DNA of 64,000 nucleotides from Bacteroidota bacterium (lineage in GTDB: Bacteria; Bacteroidota; Bacteroidia; Bacteroidales; FEN-979). The translations under genes and the position numbers were made by a program. The notes beneath the pieces are model-generated. The model was not told the DNA's origin. It saw nothing but the letters and a program-made list of their open reading frames with translations, and made no database searches. Positions 24,557 to 34,308 of the stretch are shown in pieces. The stretch is taken from assembly GCA_037134895.1 (NCBI GenBank), contig JBAXLI010000009.1:3855-67854 (forward strand), written 5' to 3'. How positions within the stretch are numbered: position 1 is the first letter of the stretch; the number at the start of each line of letters is the position of its first letter.

Positions 24557-27130
24557 TCAATACTTCAGGATTTTTGTGCTCCCCGAATAGTTTTTGCCTT
24601 CAATTCTCAAGAGGTAAAGCCCCGATTGCAGGTCAGCATGCAAAGCATTGCCTGGGCTCCAGTTGATCTTTTGAGTGCCGGCCGAAAGATTTCCTGAGAA
24701 AATGTTCTGACACAGCTTTCCGTCAATAGTATAAACACAGATACTGATAAAATCTGGTCCGGGAAGAGTAAACCTCAGGGTGGCATAGTTAGTGAATGGA
24801 TTTGGATCAGCAGCAAGAGGCAGGGTAATGGTTTTCCCAGGAGTAGCTATACCTGTAAAGATCTGGTCCAGGCTGGCCTTATAACACGATAACCCATACG
24901 TTCCGACCACGATTGTTCGGGAAGGAGCATGAATCTTCATGGTGTAAACCGGTACTGCAGGCAAGCCATCCCAGACCCATGACCATGTTTGTCCGCCATC
25001 GGTAGTCCCATATACCCCTGCATCCAGAGCAACAATGATTCTGTTTGGAATTCCCGGATCCAGCGCAATATCATTTACCGGGAATTCTGGCAGATTACCT
25101 GAGATATCAGTCCAACTTGCTCCCAGGTTGGTCGATTTGAAAACATGGGGGAGAGGTTCATCCCAGCGGAAGCCTGAAATCGTGGCATAGATCGTTTGGG
25201 CATTGAAAGGATCAAAAGCCACTTTTGTTATCCATCTGTTTGGCAGGCCTGCGGATATGTTTTCCCAGGTTTGCCCGTCATTTGTCGAAATATGGACCTT
25301 TCCATCGCCTGTCCCGGCAAGTACCATGGAAGGATTCAGGGTGGAAACCGCGATGGTTGAAACGGTATAAAAATACTGGTTGATTCCGGCAGTGAGGTCA
25401 TCGCTGACTGCAGTCCATGAATTCCCCTGGTCTGTCGATTTCCAGACCCGGTAAGTCCCGAAATACAGTGTTGACGGGTCGACAGGGTGCATTGCCAGAG
25501 GGGCTGACCAACTGACACGGTCGCCCGACATCGGACCGGCAATGTAATTCATATTAAATCCCCCGTCATCAGAGCGGTATAAATTACCCCACTGATATTC
25601 GGCATAGATGGTGTTTGAATAAGTATAATCAACCAGGGTATACATTCCGTCACCCCCTAGAATAGGCTCCCAGTCGCTTGTCCCACCGGTAAGCGTCCTG
25701 ATGGTGTTGTTGTCCTGTGTGCCCCCGTAAATTCGTTGAGGCACCTGGTAATCGATATCTATGGCATAAAACTGGGTCAGAGGCAAGTTGCCGATCTTGG
25801 TCCAGGTATCACCGTTGGTCTGGCTCCTGTACAAACCTCCGTCGTTCCCTTCGATGATCCTGCTGTTTGCTTCATCAAAGAGCATGGCATGATGGTCAAC
25901 ATGAATGTCCCATGAAGAAAGGTCGGTCCACAAACTGCCGCCGTCATCGGTCCTGAAGAGGTTGACTCCCATCACAAATACCCTGTTTTCGTTCTGCGGA
26001 TCAACCCTGACCTGGCCGAAGTACCAGCCGAAGTTGCTGTTCATACCGCTTAGCGCCGCATCGTTGGTCCTGGTCCATGATTGTCCGCCATCAATGGTTT
26101 TAAATACCGCAACTTCCATATTATCAAGGTCATAGAAAGCATAAAGGATGTCAGGATTCGATTTGGCTATTGCAATGCCGATACGGCCCACATTACTACC
26201 CTTGATCAGTCCGTTTGTCATCTCGTTCCAGGTCGTGCCTCCGTCGGTACTTTTCCAGATACCCGACGTTTGTCCGAACGACCGCCGGTAGGTCAATCCG
26301 CGTACCCTCTCCCACATTGAAGCATACAGTATCTGGGGGTTAGTCGGATGCTGAACAAGGTCGATTGCGGATGTTGAATCGGTAAGATACAATACCCTCT
26401 GCCATGATTGTCCGCCATCCTCACTGCGGAATACGCCCCTCTCGTCATTCGTGGAAAACAGATTTCCGCAGGCAGCGACAAATATCTTTTGTGAATTGGA
26501 ATAATCGACGAGTACCCTGGCTATATAGGCGGAATTTGCAAGACCGATATGGTCCCAGGTGGCCCCGGCATCGGTCGACTTATACATTCCATTTCCAAGG
26601 AAACTGAAACTCGACGAATTGGCCTCGCCTGTGCCACAGTAGATAACCTGGTTATCGTTCGGGTCGATGGCGATATCACCGACAGATATAACAGGCACAT
26701 TCGTAAACAGGTTCGTCCATGTAAGCCCGAGGTCTGTTGTTTTAAGGATCCCTCCGGTGGCGGCACCGACATAGATCGTTGACGGGCTGCCCGCAGGGGA
26801 TTCGATATCCGTTATCCGCCCTCCTATATTATCAGGCCCGGCGAAAGTCCATGGATTGCTGCCCCTGGCCGATTTTTTCATGAGGTCACTGGCCTGTTGC
26901 GTTGCGGAAAGGAATGCGGCCGTATTGATCCTGTCATACGGGTACATCCTCTGGATCGCCATCCAGTCGTTCGGTTCAAGTGAAGGGGGTTGCCACCTGG
27001 AGGAAGATCTTTCTTTACTGCTGTTCAGTAGCAGCAATATTATAAGAAACATCAGCATGGCCGATAAAAATGAGGATCTCAGAACAAGACGGGATAAACC
27101 GGCAGAGGAAAATGGTTTTATGGTTTTCAT
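24557..27130 (-). CDS. BNR/Asp-box repeat beta-propeller protein (sortilin/Vps10-like) with a T9SS C-terminal sorting domain
   Basis: 857 aa. There are at least 8 Asp-box motifs, including STDAGATW, SEDGGQSW, STDGGTTW, TIDGGQSW, TDDGGSLW, STDQGNSW, TNDGQTW and TTDGGQTW. The C-terminal block PNPFTNYATLRF...GLYLLRIEG...KILKY is a type-A CTD. Confidence 0.8.
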   Translation of the reverse strand: MKTIKPFSSAGLSRLVLRSSFLSAMLMFLIILLLLNSSKERSSSRWQPPSLEPNDWMAIQRMYPYDRINTAAFLSATQQASDLMKKSARGSNPWTFAGPDNIGGRITDIESPAGSPSTIYVGAATGGILKTTDLGLTWTNLFTNVPVISVGDIAIDPNDNQVIYCGTGEANSSSFSFLGNGMYKSTDAGATWDHIGLANSAYIARVLVDYSNSQKIFVAACGNLFSTNDERGVFRSEDGGQSWQRVLYLTDSTSAIDLVQHPTNPQILYASMWERVRGLTYRRSFGQTSGIWKSTDGGTTWNEMTNGLIKGSNVGRIGIAIAKSNPDILYAFYDLDNMEVAVFKTIDGGQSWTRTNDAALSGMNSNFGWYFGQVRVDPQNENRVFVMGVNLFRTDDGGSLWTDLSSWDIHVDHHAMLFDEANSRIIEGNDGGLYRSQTNGDTWTKIGNLPLTQFYAIDIDYQVPQRIYGGTQDNNTIRTLTGGTSDWEPILGGDGMYTLVDYTYSNTIYAEYQWGNLYRSDDGGFNMNYIAGPMSGDRVSWSAPLAMHPVDPSTLYFGTYRVWKSTDQGNSWTAVSDDLTAGINQYFYTVSTIAVSTLNPSMVLAGTGDGKVHISTNDGQTWENISAGLPNRWITKVAFDPFNAQTIYATISGFRWDEPLPHVFKSTNLGASWTDISGNLPEFPVNDIALDPGIPNRIIVALDAGVYGTTDGGQTWSWVWDGLPAVPVYTMKIHAPSRTIVVGTYGLSCYKASLDQIFTGIATPGKTITLPLAADPNPFTNYATLRFTLPGPDFISICVYTIDGKLCQNIFSGNLSAGTQKINWSPGNALHADLQSGLYLLRIEGKNYSGSTKILKY

Positions 27131-27318
27131 AAGAAGTTCCTGAATGTGAATTTGAACGGTAAAGTTACAACAACAGTGGTGAAATTCAAAGCATGAAAGT
27201 TATGACTGCCTGATCCTGAATGGATATTTCGCCTTGTTCTCAGCTTAATTTTAATCGGGGTATTCATGAAAATTCACCTGTGATTTTGGATGGTCATTTT
27301 ATTTGACCTATTTTTACA

Positions 27319-29907
27319 ATGTTAATGATTGGCAGTATGGATGATAACTCACATACGAAAGAAGACCTTATTGATGAGATTAAGAAGTTACGTAAGGAAC
27401 GTGATGAACTGAAGTCGTTTTACCAGGGAAGTAAAGATGCGTTGAAGTATTCAGGGAAACAGCAGATTTCGGGCCTGGTAAATCAGAATGACCTTATATT
27501 CTATTCGGTCGATATTCAATGCAGGTATTTGTCGTTCAATAAGCTGCATGCCGAAATAATGAAACAGGCATTCGGCGCGGAGATTGAAACCGGAAAGAAC
27601 TTCCTGGATTATATCAGTTCAGCCAATGATAAAAAAGCTGCTGCGGAGCATCTTAACCGGGCTTTTAAGGGTGAATCTTTTTCTCTGCTCCAGGTAGTTA
27701 TGGATTCTGAACCCATATACTTTGAAGCTTTTTACAATCCTGTTGTTGACGATAAAAACGGGGTAGGTTCGGTAATAGTCCTGGCCCGTAACATCACGGA
27801 GACGAAAAAGACCGAGATATCAAAGCAGATCAGTGAAGAGAGGCTTGCAGGCATAATCCAGAGCCTGGCCGACTGGGTATGGGAGGTTGACGAAAATGGG
27901 ATTTATACGTTTTGTTCACCAAAAGTGTTTGAGCTTCTCGGCTACCCCGAAGAACATGTAATCGGGAAAAGCCCGTTTGATTTCATGCCTCCCGAAGAGG
28001 CGATAAGAGTAGGGGAGATATTTTCGGAACTTATGTCAAAAAGAGCTCCGCTTAAGGACCTTGAAAACTGGGTTCTGAACAGCAAAGGTGAAAGGATATG
28101 CCTTCTTACAAACGGGGTACCTATTATTGATAAAAGCGGGAATCTTAAGGGATACCGGGGGGTGGACAAGAATATCACTGAGCGAAAGAATGCTGAATTG
28201 CAGCGTGAAAAGGATTTCCTGTATACCACTGCCCTGAAGGAAATTGCCGAGGTGGTGATTTTTAAAAATAAGCCGGAAGAGATATTGGAGAACGCCAACC
28301 GGATTATAGGGGAAACGCTGAAGCTTGACAGAAGCCTGATCTATGATGTCTCCTTTGATGAGAACCGGATAACTGCCTTATGCGAATGGCTGAGGATCGA
28401 ACATACCGATATCAAAGAGACCAGGGGCGAATATCCGATCGAAATGTTCATGGCGCCATTTTCCGAAATATTATCAACAAGAAATCATCTCGTCAGCCAT
28501 AGCGACAATGTTGGTGAAATTTTCACACGTGATGAATCAGGCAGGTTGCTGCATGAGCAGTTCAAGATCAAAAGCCTGATCTGGTATCCGTTCGCCTTTG
28601 ATGATCACGGTTACCATTTGTTTACCCTGAACCAGATCCTTGAACACAGGGCATGGACCCCTCAGGAGTTTGAATTTCTTGACTCAGCAGCCCGAAAAGT
28701 CAGTCTTGCCCTGATGAAGATAAAACTTCTTAATGAAAAGGAAAAAGCCAGCCATGAGTTGAGGAAAGCAAAGGAGAAAGCTGAGGAAAGTGACCGCCTG
28801 AAATCGGCTTTCCTTGCAAATATGAGCCATGAGATCAGGACGCCGATGAATGGCATCCTGGGGTTTGCACAACTCCTGAAAGAGCCGAAGCTTGCTGGTG
28901 ATGAGCAACAGGAATATATCCGCATTATCCAGAAAAGCGGCGCCCGTATGCTGAAAATTATAAACGATATTGTCAGCATTTCGAAGATTGAATCAGGGCA
29001 GATGGACGTCTCGATAACTGAGATAAATGTTATTGAACAGCTTGATTTTATCAGTAACTTCTTTAGCATAGAAGCGCAGAAAAAGGGGATCAGTCTCTTG
29101 GTTAGCAACTCCTTACATAGAAATGAATCCATCATCATGACCGACAGCGAGAAACTCTATGCGATTCTTGCAAATCTTGTCAGCAACGCTATAAAATTCA
29201 CCGATAAAGGCAAAGTTGAAATAGGGGCTGAGAAAAAAGGGAATTGGCTTGAGTTTTTCGTCAGGGATACCGGCCAGGGTGTTTCTTCAAAACAACTCAG
29301 TATCATCTTTGAGAGGTTCAGGCAGGGAGGAGACGATAAAACCCAGTATACCGAAGGAGCAGGCCTCGGACTTTCGATCTCCAGGGCATATGTTGAAATG
29401 CTTGGAGGTAATATCAGTGTTGAAAGCGAACCCGGAAAGGGCTCGGTGTTTTTCTTCACTGTTCCTTACGTCCCATTTGAAAAACACAGGAAAGTCATTG
29501 AGGAGATTCAATCCGTGACCGACCTGGTTGAAGAGATCAGGAAACTGAAGATCCTGGTGGTCGAAGATGACGAAGATTCACAAAACCTGATGAGAATCAT
29601 TTTCGATAAATTAGGAAAGGTATTTTTAACTGCGGCAAGCGGCTCAGAAGCAATTGAATTGTGTAAAGCCAACCCCGACATCGACCTTGTTCTTATGGAT
29701 ATCAGAATGCCGGAGATGGATGGTTTAGAGGCCACCCGGGAGATCCGGAAATTTAACAGGGAAGTGGTTATTGTTGCCCAGACTGCATACGGACTTACCG
29801 GCGACCGGGAGAAGGCATTAAAAGCGGGTTGCAATGAGTATATTTCAAAACCTGTTGTTATTGAGGAGCTAAAAAGCTTAATAAAAAAGCTGTTCGGCAA
29901 CTGCTAA
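27319..29907 (+). CDS. Hybrid sensor histidine kinase/response regulator with PAS and GAF-like sensor domains
   Basis: 862 aa. It has two PAS-like modules (...NITETKK..., ...DKNITERKN...). HisKA is SAFLANMSHEIRTPMNGILG. HATPase_c has DTGQGV and GAGLGLSISR. The REC domain has ILVVEDDEDSQ and DLVLMDIRMPEMDG. Confidence 0.9.
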   Translation: MLMIGSMDDNSHTKEDLIDEIKKLRKERDELKSFYQGSKDALKYSGKQQISGLVNQNDLIFYSVDIQCRYLSFNKLHAEIMKQAFGAEIETGKNFLDYISSANDKKAAAEHLNRAFKGESFSLLQVVMDSEPIYFEAFYNPVVDDKNGVGSVIVLARNITETKKTEISKQISEERLAGIIQSLADWVWEVDENGIYTFCSPKVFELLGYPEEHVIGKSPFDFMPPEEAIRVGEIFSELMSKRAPLKDLENWVLNSKGERICLLTNGVPIIDKSGNLKGYRGVDKNITERKNAELQREKDFLYTTALKEIAEVVIFKNKPEEILENANRIIGETLKLDRSLIYDVSFDENRITALCEWLRIEHTDIKETRGEYPIEMFMAPFSEILSTRNHLVSHSDNVGEIFTRDESGRLLHEQFKIKSLIWYPFAFDDHGYHLFTLNQILEHRAWTPQEFEFLDSAARKVSLALMKIKLLNEKEKASHELRKAKEKAEESDRLKSAFLANMSHEIRTPMNGILGFAQLLKEPKLAGDEQQEYIRIIQKSGARMLKIINDIVSISKIESGQMDVSITEINVIEQLDFISNFFSIEAQKKGISLLVSNSLHRNESIIMTDSEKLYAILANLVSNAIKFTDKGKVEIGAEKKGNWLEFFVRDTGQGVSSKQLSIIFERFRQGGDDKTQYTEGAGLGLSISRAYVEMLGGNISVESEPGKGSVFFFTVPYVPFEKHRKVIEEIQSVTDLVEEIRKLKILVVEDDEDSQNLMRIIFDKLGKVFLTAASGSEAIELCKANPDIDLVLMDIRMPEMDGLEATREIRKFNREVVIVAQTAYGLTGDREKALKAGCNEYISKPVVIEELKSLIKKLFGNC

Positions 29908-29934
29908 TCAAATATTAATCAAATTATTACAATT

Positions 29935-31368
29935 ATGGCAGATAAGTTAGTTGAAAAAGCTAATGACATCCTGGAAAGAGCAGTTTTTGCAGCGGCTGAA
30001 TTCCAGGAATTTAACCAGGAACAAACTGATAAAGTTATTGAGGCTGTATACAGGGCGGCTCTGAATGCAAGGGTTAAGCTCGCAAAAATGGCTGTAGAGG
30101 AAACGGGGATCGGGATTTGGGAGGATAAGGTGTGGAAGAACGTTATCGGGACACAGCTTGTTTATGAGAACATCAAGGATGAAAAGACGGTCGGGGTTAT
30201 AAATTGCGATCCTATAACAGGGATTTCGGAGATTGCCCAGCCTCTGGGACCAATTTTAGCCGTTACACCGGTTACAAATCCAACATCGACGGCTATATAC
30301 AAGATCCTGATATGCTTGAAAACACGTAATCCTATAATTATCAGCGCCCATCGGAATGCGGCACATTCAACCGGAGAGGCCGCCCGGATTTGTTATGAAG
30401 CCGCGCTTGCGGCCGGTGCCCCGGAAGATTGCATTCAGATGATCCCTGCCGGTTCAAGGGAATTCACCCAGATGGTTATGTCTCATTCAAGGATTGCCCT
30501 GATCCTTGCAACAGGTGGCACCGGGCTGGTTAAGGCAGCTTATAGTTCAGGCAACCCTGCCATCGGGGTAGGACCGGGAAACGTTCCTGTTTTTATTGAT
30601 AAAAGCGCCGACATCCCTTTTGCCGTTTCTTCGATAATCAAATCCAAAACGTTTGATAATGGTACGGTTTGCGCCTCCGAGCAATCGGTAGTGGTGGAAG
30701 AAAAGATTGCCAAGAAGGTAAGGGAGGAATTTACCAGGCAATACTGTTATTTTCTGAGCCAGGAAGAAATTCAGAAGGTTGAGAAGGTTGCGGTGATGAA
30801 AGAGACGATGACGATGAGCCCTTTCATCGTCGGACAATCGGTTGAGACTATTGCCATGAAGGCCGGGATCAGTGTGCCTTCTGAAACAAAAATCCTCCTG
30901 GCTGAGCTTGAAGGGGTTGGCAAGGATCACCCACTCTCGGTTGAGATCCTGGCGCCAATTCTTGCGTTTTATTCGGCAAAGGATTATCATACAGCCATTA
31001 AGCTCTGTATCGACCTTAATTATCTGGGTGGGATAGGGCATAGTGCCGGGATCTATTCCAATGATGAAAAAAGGATACTGGAATTCAGCCAGCTGATCAA
31101 TGCCGGGAGAATACTTGTTAATACGCCAACAGCGCACGGAGCTTTGGGAGGAACCTATAATATGTTGTCTCCATCTCTCACACTGGGATGCGGAACCGGC
31201 GGAAAAAATATCACTACCGAAAACATCAGTGTCAAACACCTGATCAATATTCAGAGAGTATGCCGGAGAAAAATGAACGACAGGTTCTTCAGCATCGACA
31301 GGAACAAATACCTTGACGATGAATGGGATGAATCAGATCTCCGGAATGAGTATCACAAAAACCATTAA
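29935..31368 (+). CDS. Acetylating (CoA-dependent) aldehyde dehydrogenase, AdhE-N-terminal/EutE-like
   Basis: 477 aa. The catalytic Cys context is FDNGTVCASEQSVVV. It also has ILATGGTGLVKAAYSSGNPAIGVGPGN. No alcohol dehydrogenase domain follows. Confidence 0.8.
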   Translation: MADKLVEKANDILERAVFAAAEFQEFNQEQTDKVIEAVYRAALNARVKLAKMAVEETGIGIWEDKVWKNVIGTQLVYENIKDEKTVGVINCDPITGISEIAQPLGPILAVTPVTNPTSTAIYKILICLKTRNPIIISAHRNAAHSTGEAARICYEAALAAGAPEDCIQMIPAGSREFTQMVMSHSRIALILATGGTGLVKAAYSSGNPAIGVGPGNVPVFIDKSADIPFAVSSIIKSKTFDNGTVCASEQSVVVEEKIAKKVREEFTRQYCYFLSQEEIQKVEKVAVMKETMTMSPFIVGQSVETIAMKAGISVPSETKILLAELEGVGKDHPLSVEILAPILAFYSAKDYHTAIKLCIDLNYLGGIGHSAGIYSNDEKRILEFSQLINAGRILVNTPTAHGALGGTYNMLSPSLTLGCGTGGKNITTENISVKHLINIQRVCRRKMNDRFFSIDRNKYLDDEWDESDLRNEYHKNH

Positions 31369-31385
31369 TTAATTTGGAACGCATT

Positions 31386-31715
31386 ATGTTAGATTTTGAT
31401 TTTAACCCTGAGAAGAGAGTGTTAACCTGTATATTCAGAGGTCGCCTCGACACGGTTCTGTGCAACCAGGCAGACCTTGAACTTCAGTCAAAATACAATT
31501 CCCTCACCGAACATGGGAACCCTGATGAACTTCTGGATTTTGAACTTGTATTCGAACTTAAGGATGTCGATTTTATATCTTCTTCATTTATAAGGCTTTG
31601 TGTGGCAGGAATGAAAAAAGTCAAGGACGGTGGTTTTTCGATCCTCAATGTTAATCCCTTTATAAAGAAAACTTTTAAGATCGCAGGCCTGGATGAGATC
31701 CTGCATGTTACCTGA
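31386..31715 (+). CDS. STAS-domain protein (anti-sigma-factor antagonist-like)
   Basis: About 109 aa. The block LKDVDFISSSFIRL resembles the SpoIIAA-type phosphorylatable Ser region, and the C-terminus has FKIAGLDEIL. The first ATG is at 31386; the track start at 31374 is TTG. Confidence 0.6.
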   Translation: MLDFDFNPEKRVLTCIFRGRLDTVLCNQADLELQSKYNSLTEHGNPDELLDFELVFELKDVDFISSSFIRLCVAGMKKVKDGGFSILNVNPFIKKTFKIAGLDEILHVT

Positions 31716-31733
31716 ACTTCAGGAGCAGGATGA

Positions 31734-32219
31734 TCATCTCCAGAATATAAGCTTCCAGAGATTCGATAACACTTTAAGTGCCGATACGATCATCCCGATT
31801 ATTAAAAACCAGGGAAGGACAATATCTATCCAGCTTAATCCGTGCGAATTGGAAAAATCGAAGGGATAGAGGTAGTAAAAGCAAATCATGGCAAGAAATG
31901 AGGCTGCTTCCATGAAAATGCCTGTGAAATATCCTGTTACCCTGGAGTAAACCAACAATCTCAGTAAGTTGCCGGCTATCTGAACGATACAGGAAAACAT
32001 TAAAATTGGAGATATGGCCGGGTACTTCCCAATGATGAAATCGAGGTGCCAGTCGGGAATTTTATAAAGTACAAAAAGGGCAATCAGGTTGAAAACAATC
32101 GAGGATACGAACTCTGACCTCTGGTTCCGGTGATCACGGTCACGATGCCAGCGCCTGGGACCGGCTGCATCAATTCGGCGCACCCAATCGGGCATTTTTT
32201 CATTTTCCTGAATTCCCAT
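31734..32219 (-). CDS. Hypothetical 4-TM membrane protein
   Basis: 161 aa. A basic N-terminus (RRWHRDRDHRNQR) is followed by four hydrophobic helices. No recognised family. Confidence 0.45.
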   Translation of the reverse strand: MGIQENEKMPDWVRRIDAAGPRRWHRDRDHRNQRSEFVSSIVFNLIALFVLYKIPDWHLDFIIGKYPAISPILMFSCIVQIAGNLLRLLVYSRVTGYFTGIFMEAASFLAMICFYYLYPFDFSNSHGLSWIDIVLPWFLIIGMIVSALKVLSNLWKLIFWR

Positions 32220-32337
32220 AAAAAAAGTTTTTGAATTAATTGGTTCAAAGATAAGATGAAAGGACTGCAGTGAGGTTACATACCCCCTGGGAAATTAAAA
32301 AATTCCGAAATTGCCCAAACGGATTGCTGGTAAGCAT

Positions 32338-32345
32338 TATATTTG
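32338..32345 (+). promoter_or_regulatory. -7 box TATATTTG upstream of the TPR-AraC gene
   Basis: The TAnnTTTG match overlaps the track start (32343), so the ATG at 32382 is the more likely start. Confidence 0.4.
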
Positions 32346-32381
32346 TATTACTATATCCTGGCACGACTCCGGTCACTTTGT

Positions 32382-34298
32382 ATGAAACCCCGCCAAAGAC
32401 TACAATTCACTGTTTTCTCCCGAACTGCTTTCTTCTTTGCAGGGTTGCTGTTGCTGAGCTCGGCCGGCGCTGCTATCGAGAAACCCGATTCCGCCAAATT
32501 GTTTTCACAACTGAAATCCGCAGACGATCATACTAAGCTTAATGCCCTGGAGAACATTTATAAGGAATTCTACAGCTCTTTCCCGATAATAGCATATCCC
32601 TATGCAGTTCAGGCACTTGCCATTTCCGGGAGGCTGGATGACAAGGAATCAGAGGTTAATGCATATTATTTTCTTTCATATTATTCCCTGGTCAGGGGGG
32701 TGATAGATTCATCTTTTTACTTTTGCCAGATTGGCCTGGATATCAGCGAATCGGTCCATTCTACTGCATTACTTGCCAGAGGTTTTGGCAGGTTGGGTGA
32801 TATTTACCGAACAAAGGGTGACAAAGCCAAAGCTATCGAATATTTGAAAAAAGCCGTAATTACTGATCCAGTCAACAGGGATCTGGTTGCCCGTTGTTCC
32901 ATGAGTCTTGGCATACTTTATGGAGATGCAGGCTGTTCCGAAGAATCCGTGTATTACTATCTGAAGGCACTTAAGATCAGGGAGGATCAGAATCAGTTGA
33001 TAGATGCAGGATATTTAAGTTGTAATCTTGCTGGTTTTTATTATGAATCATCCTCCGGAACATACGGAATGGCTGCCTATGAAAAGGCAGTATCTCTTTT
33101 CAGGAGGGCGAATTTCCTCAAGGGTGAAGGCTACGCATTTAACCTCATGGGACTTACCTATTTTGACCGGAAGGACTATCAGAACGCCCTGAAATATTTC
33201 AGAAAATCGATGGCCATTAATTTGCTTGACACCATCACAGTGCGCTCAACTTATGCTTTTAACCTCACTAACATTGGTAATGTATGGCAGCAGCTGAACC
33301 GTCCTGATTCGGCCCGGTATTACTATACCCGTTCATTGAAATTTTTATCAGGCGATCAGGAATACATTCCCCTCTCATGCACGTATCTTTCGCTGGGGCA
33401 GTTGAATACTACCCTGAAAAACTATCCGCAGGCAATTAAGTTCCTTAACAAAGGGCTTAGCTATTCCCAGCTTGCCAATTTCAGGGCGCAATGGGAGGAT
33501 GCGTATAACCTGCTTTCTGAATGTTATGCTGCGAGCGGCGACAATGCAAAGGCTCTTGAATACCTGAAAAAGCGCAATGCGATCAGGGATAGTATTGTTA
33601 CTGAAAAGGCCCACCAGGCGGTGGCCAATATGAAGATAAAATATGAGACTGAAAAAAAGGATGCTAAGATCCTCAGCCTGAATGCCGAATCGGATTGGCA
33701 GGAAAAGAAAATCAAAATGGCTGTTATTACTATTTTAATCCTGATTTCAGTTGCCGGCGTAATTACGTACCTCACATGGCTCTATTACAGGAAGAAATTA
33801 ATGCCTAAAGTCAGGACCCTGAATTTCATCCAGGAAAAAATTTCTGTTGAGAAAGAAGGGGACAACCGAAGGCTGAGGGCCCTCGACAAGGTTCTTCCAC
33901 CTGAGCTCAAACCTTTTCCTGATGTAGTTCCTGTCGAAACGAAAATGAACCATGACCTGCTTTTTCAGCTGGAGGAGATATTTACAAAAGAAAAGATCTA
34001 TCTTGATGAACATCTTACACTTGCACAGGCAGCCCACAGTCTGAAAACAAACACCACCTATCTTTCGAGGCTGATAAATGAACATTATAATATCAATTTT
34101 TCTGCCTTTACAAACAAGTACAGGATAGAAGAAGCGAAAAAAATGATACTTGATGATAATTTCAACAACCTGTCGATTGAGGGGATAGCTAAAAACTCGG
34201 GATTCAGGTCAAAATCAACGTTCAACCAGGTATTCAAGCAGTCGACAGGCTTCACGCCCTCCGATTTTGCAGTTAAAAACGGGAAAATCCGCGCCTGA
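32382..34298 (+). CDS. Membrane-anchored AraC-family transcriptional regulator with a periplasmic TPR sensor domain
   Basis: Order is signal peptide (FFFAGLLLLSSAGA), TPR repeats, the coiled motif MKIKYETEKKDAKILSLNAE, one TM helix (MAVITILILISVAGVITYLTWLYY), then a C-terminal HTH_AraC (LTLAQAAHSLKTNTTYLSRLINEH...IEGIAKNSGFRSKSTFNQVFKQSTGFTPSDF). Confidence 0.8.
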   Translation: MKPRQRLQFTVFSRTAFFFAGLLLLSSAGAAIEKPDSAKLFSQLKSADDHTKLNALENIYKEFYSSFPIIAYPYAVQALAISGRLDDKESEVNAYYFLSYYSLVRGVIDSSFYFCQIGLDISESVHSTALLARGFGRLGDIYRTKGDKAKAIEYLKKAVITDPVNRDLVARCSMSLGILYGDAGCSEESVYYYLKALKIREDQNQLIDAGYLSCNLAGFYYESSSGTYGMAAYEKAVSLFRRANFLKGEGYAFNLMGLTYFDRKDYQNALKYFRKSMAINLLDTITVRSTYAFNLTNIGNVWQQLNRPDSARYYYTRSLKFLSGDQEYIPLSCTYLSLGQLNTTLKNYPQAIKFLNKGLSYSQLANFRAQWEDAYNLLSECYAASGDNAKALEYLKKRNAIRDSIVTEKAHQAVANMKIKYETEKKDAKILSLNAESDWQEKKIKMAVITILILISVAGVITYLTWLYYRKKLMPKVRTLNFIQEKISVEKEGDNRRLRALDKVLPPELKPFPDVVPVETKMNHDLLFQLEEIFTKEKIYLDEHLTLAQAAHSLKTNTTYLSRLINEHYNINFSAFTNKYRIEEAKKMILDDNFNNLSIEGIAKNSGFRSKSTFNQVFKQSTGFTPSDFAVKNGKIRA

Positions 34299-34308
34299 TA
34301 GTAAGAGC

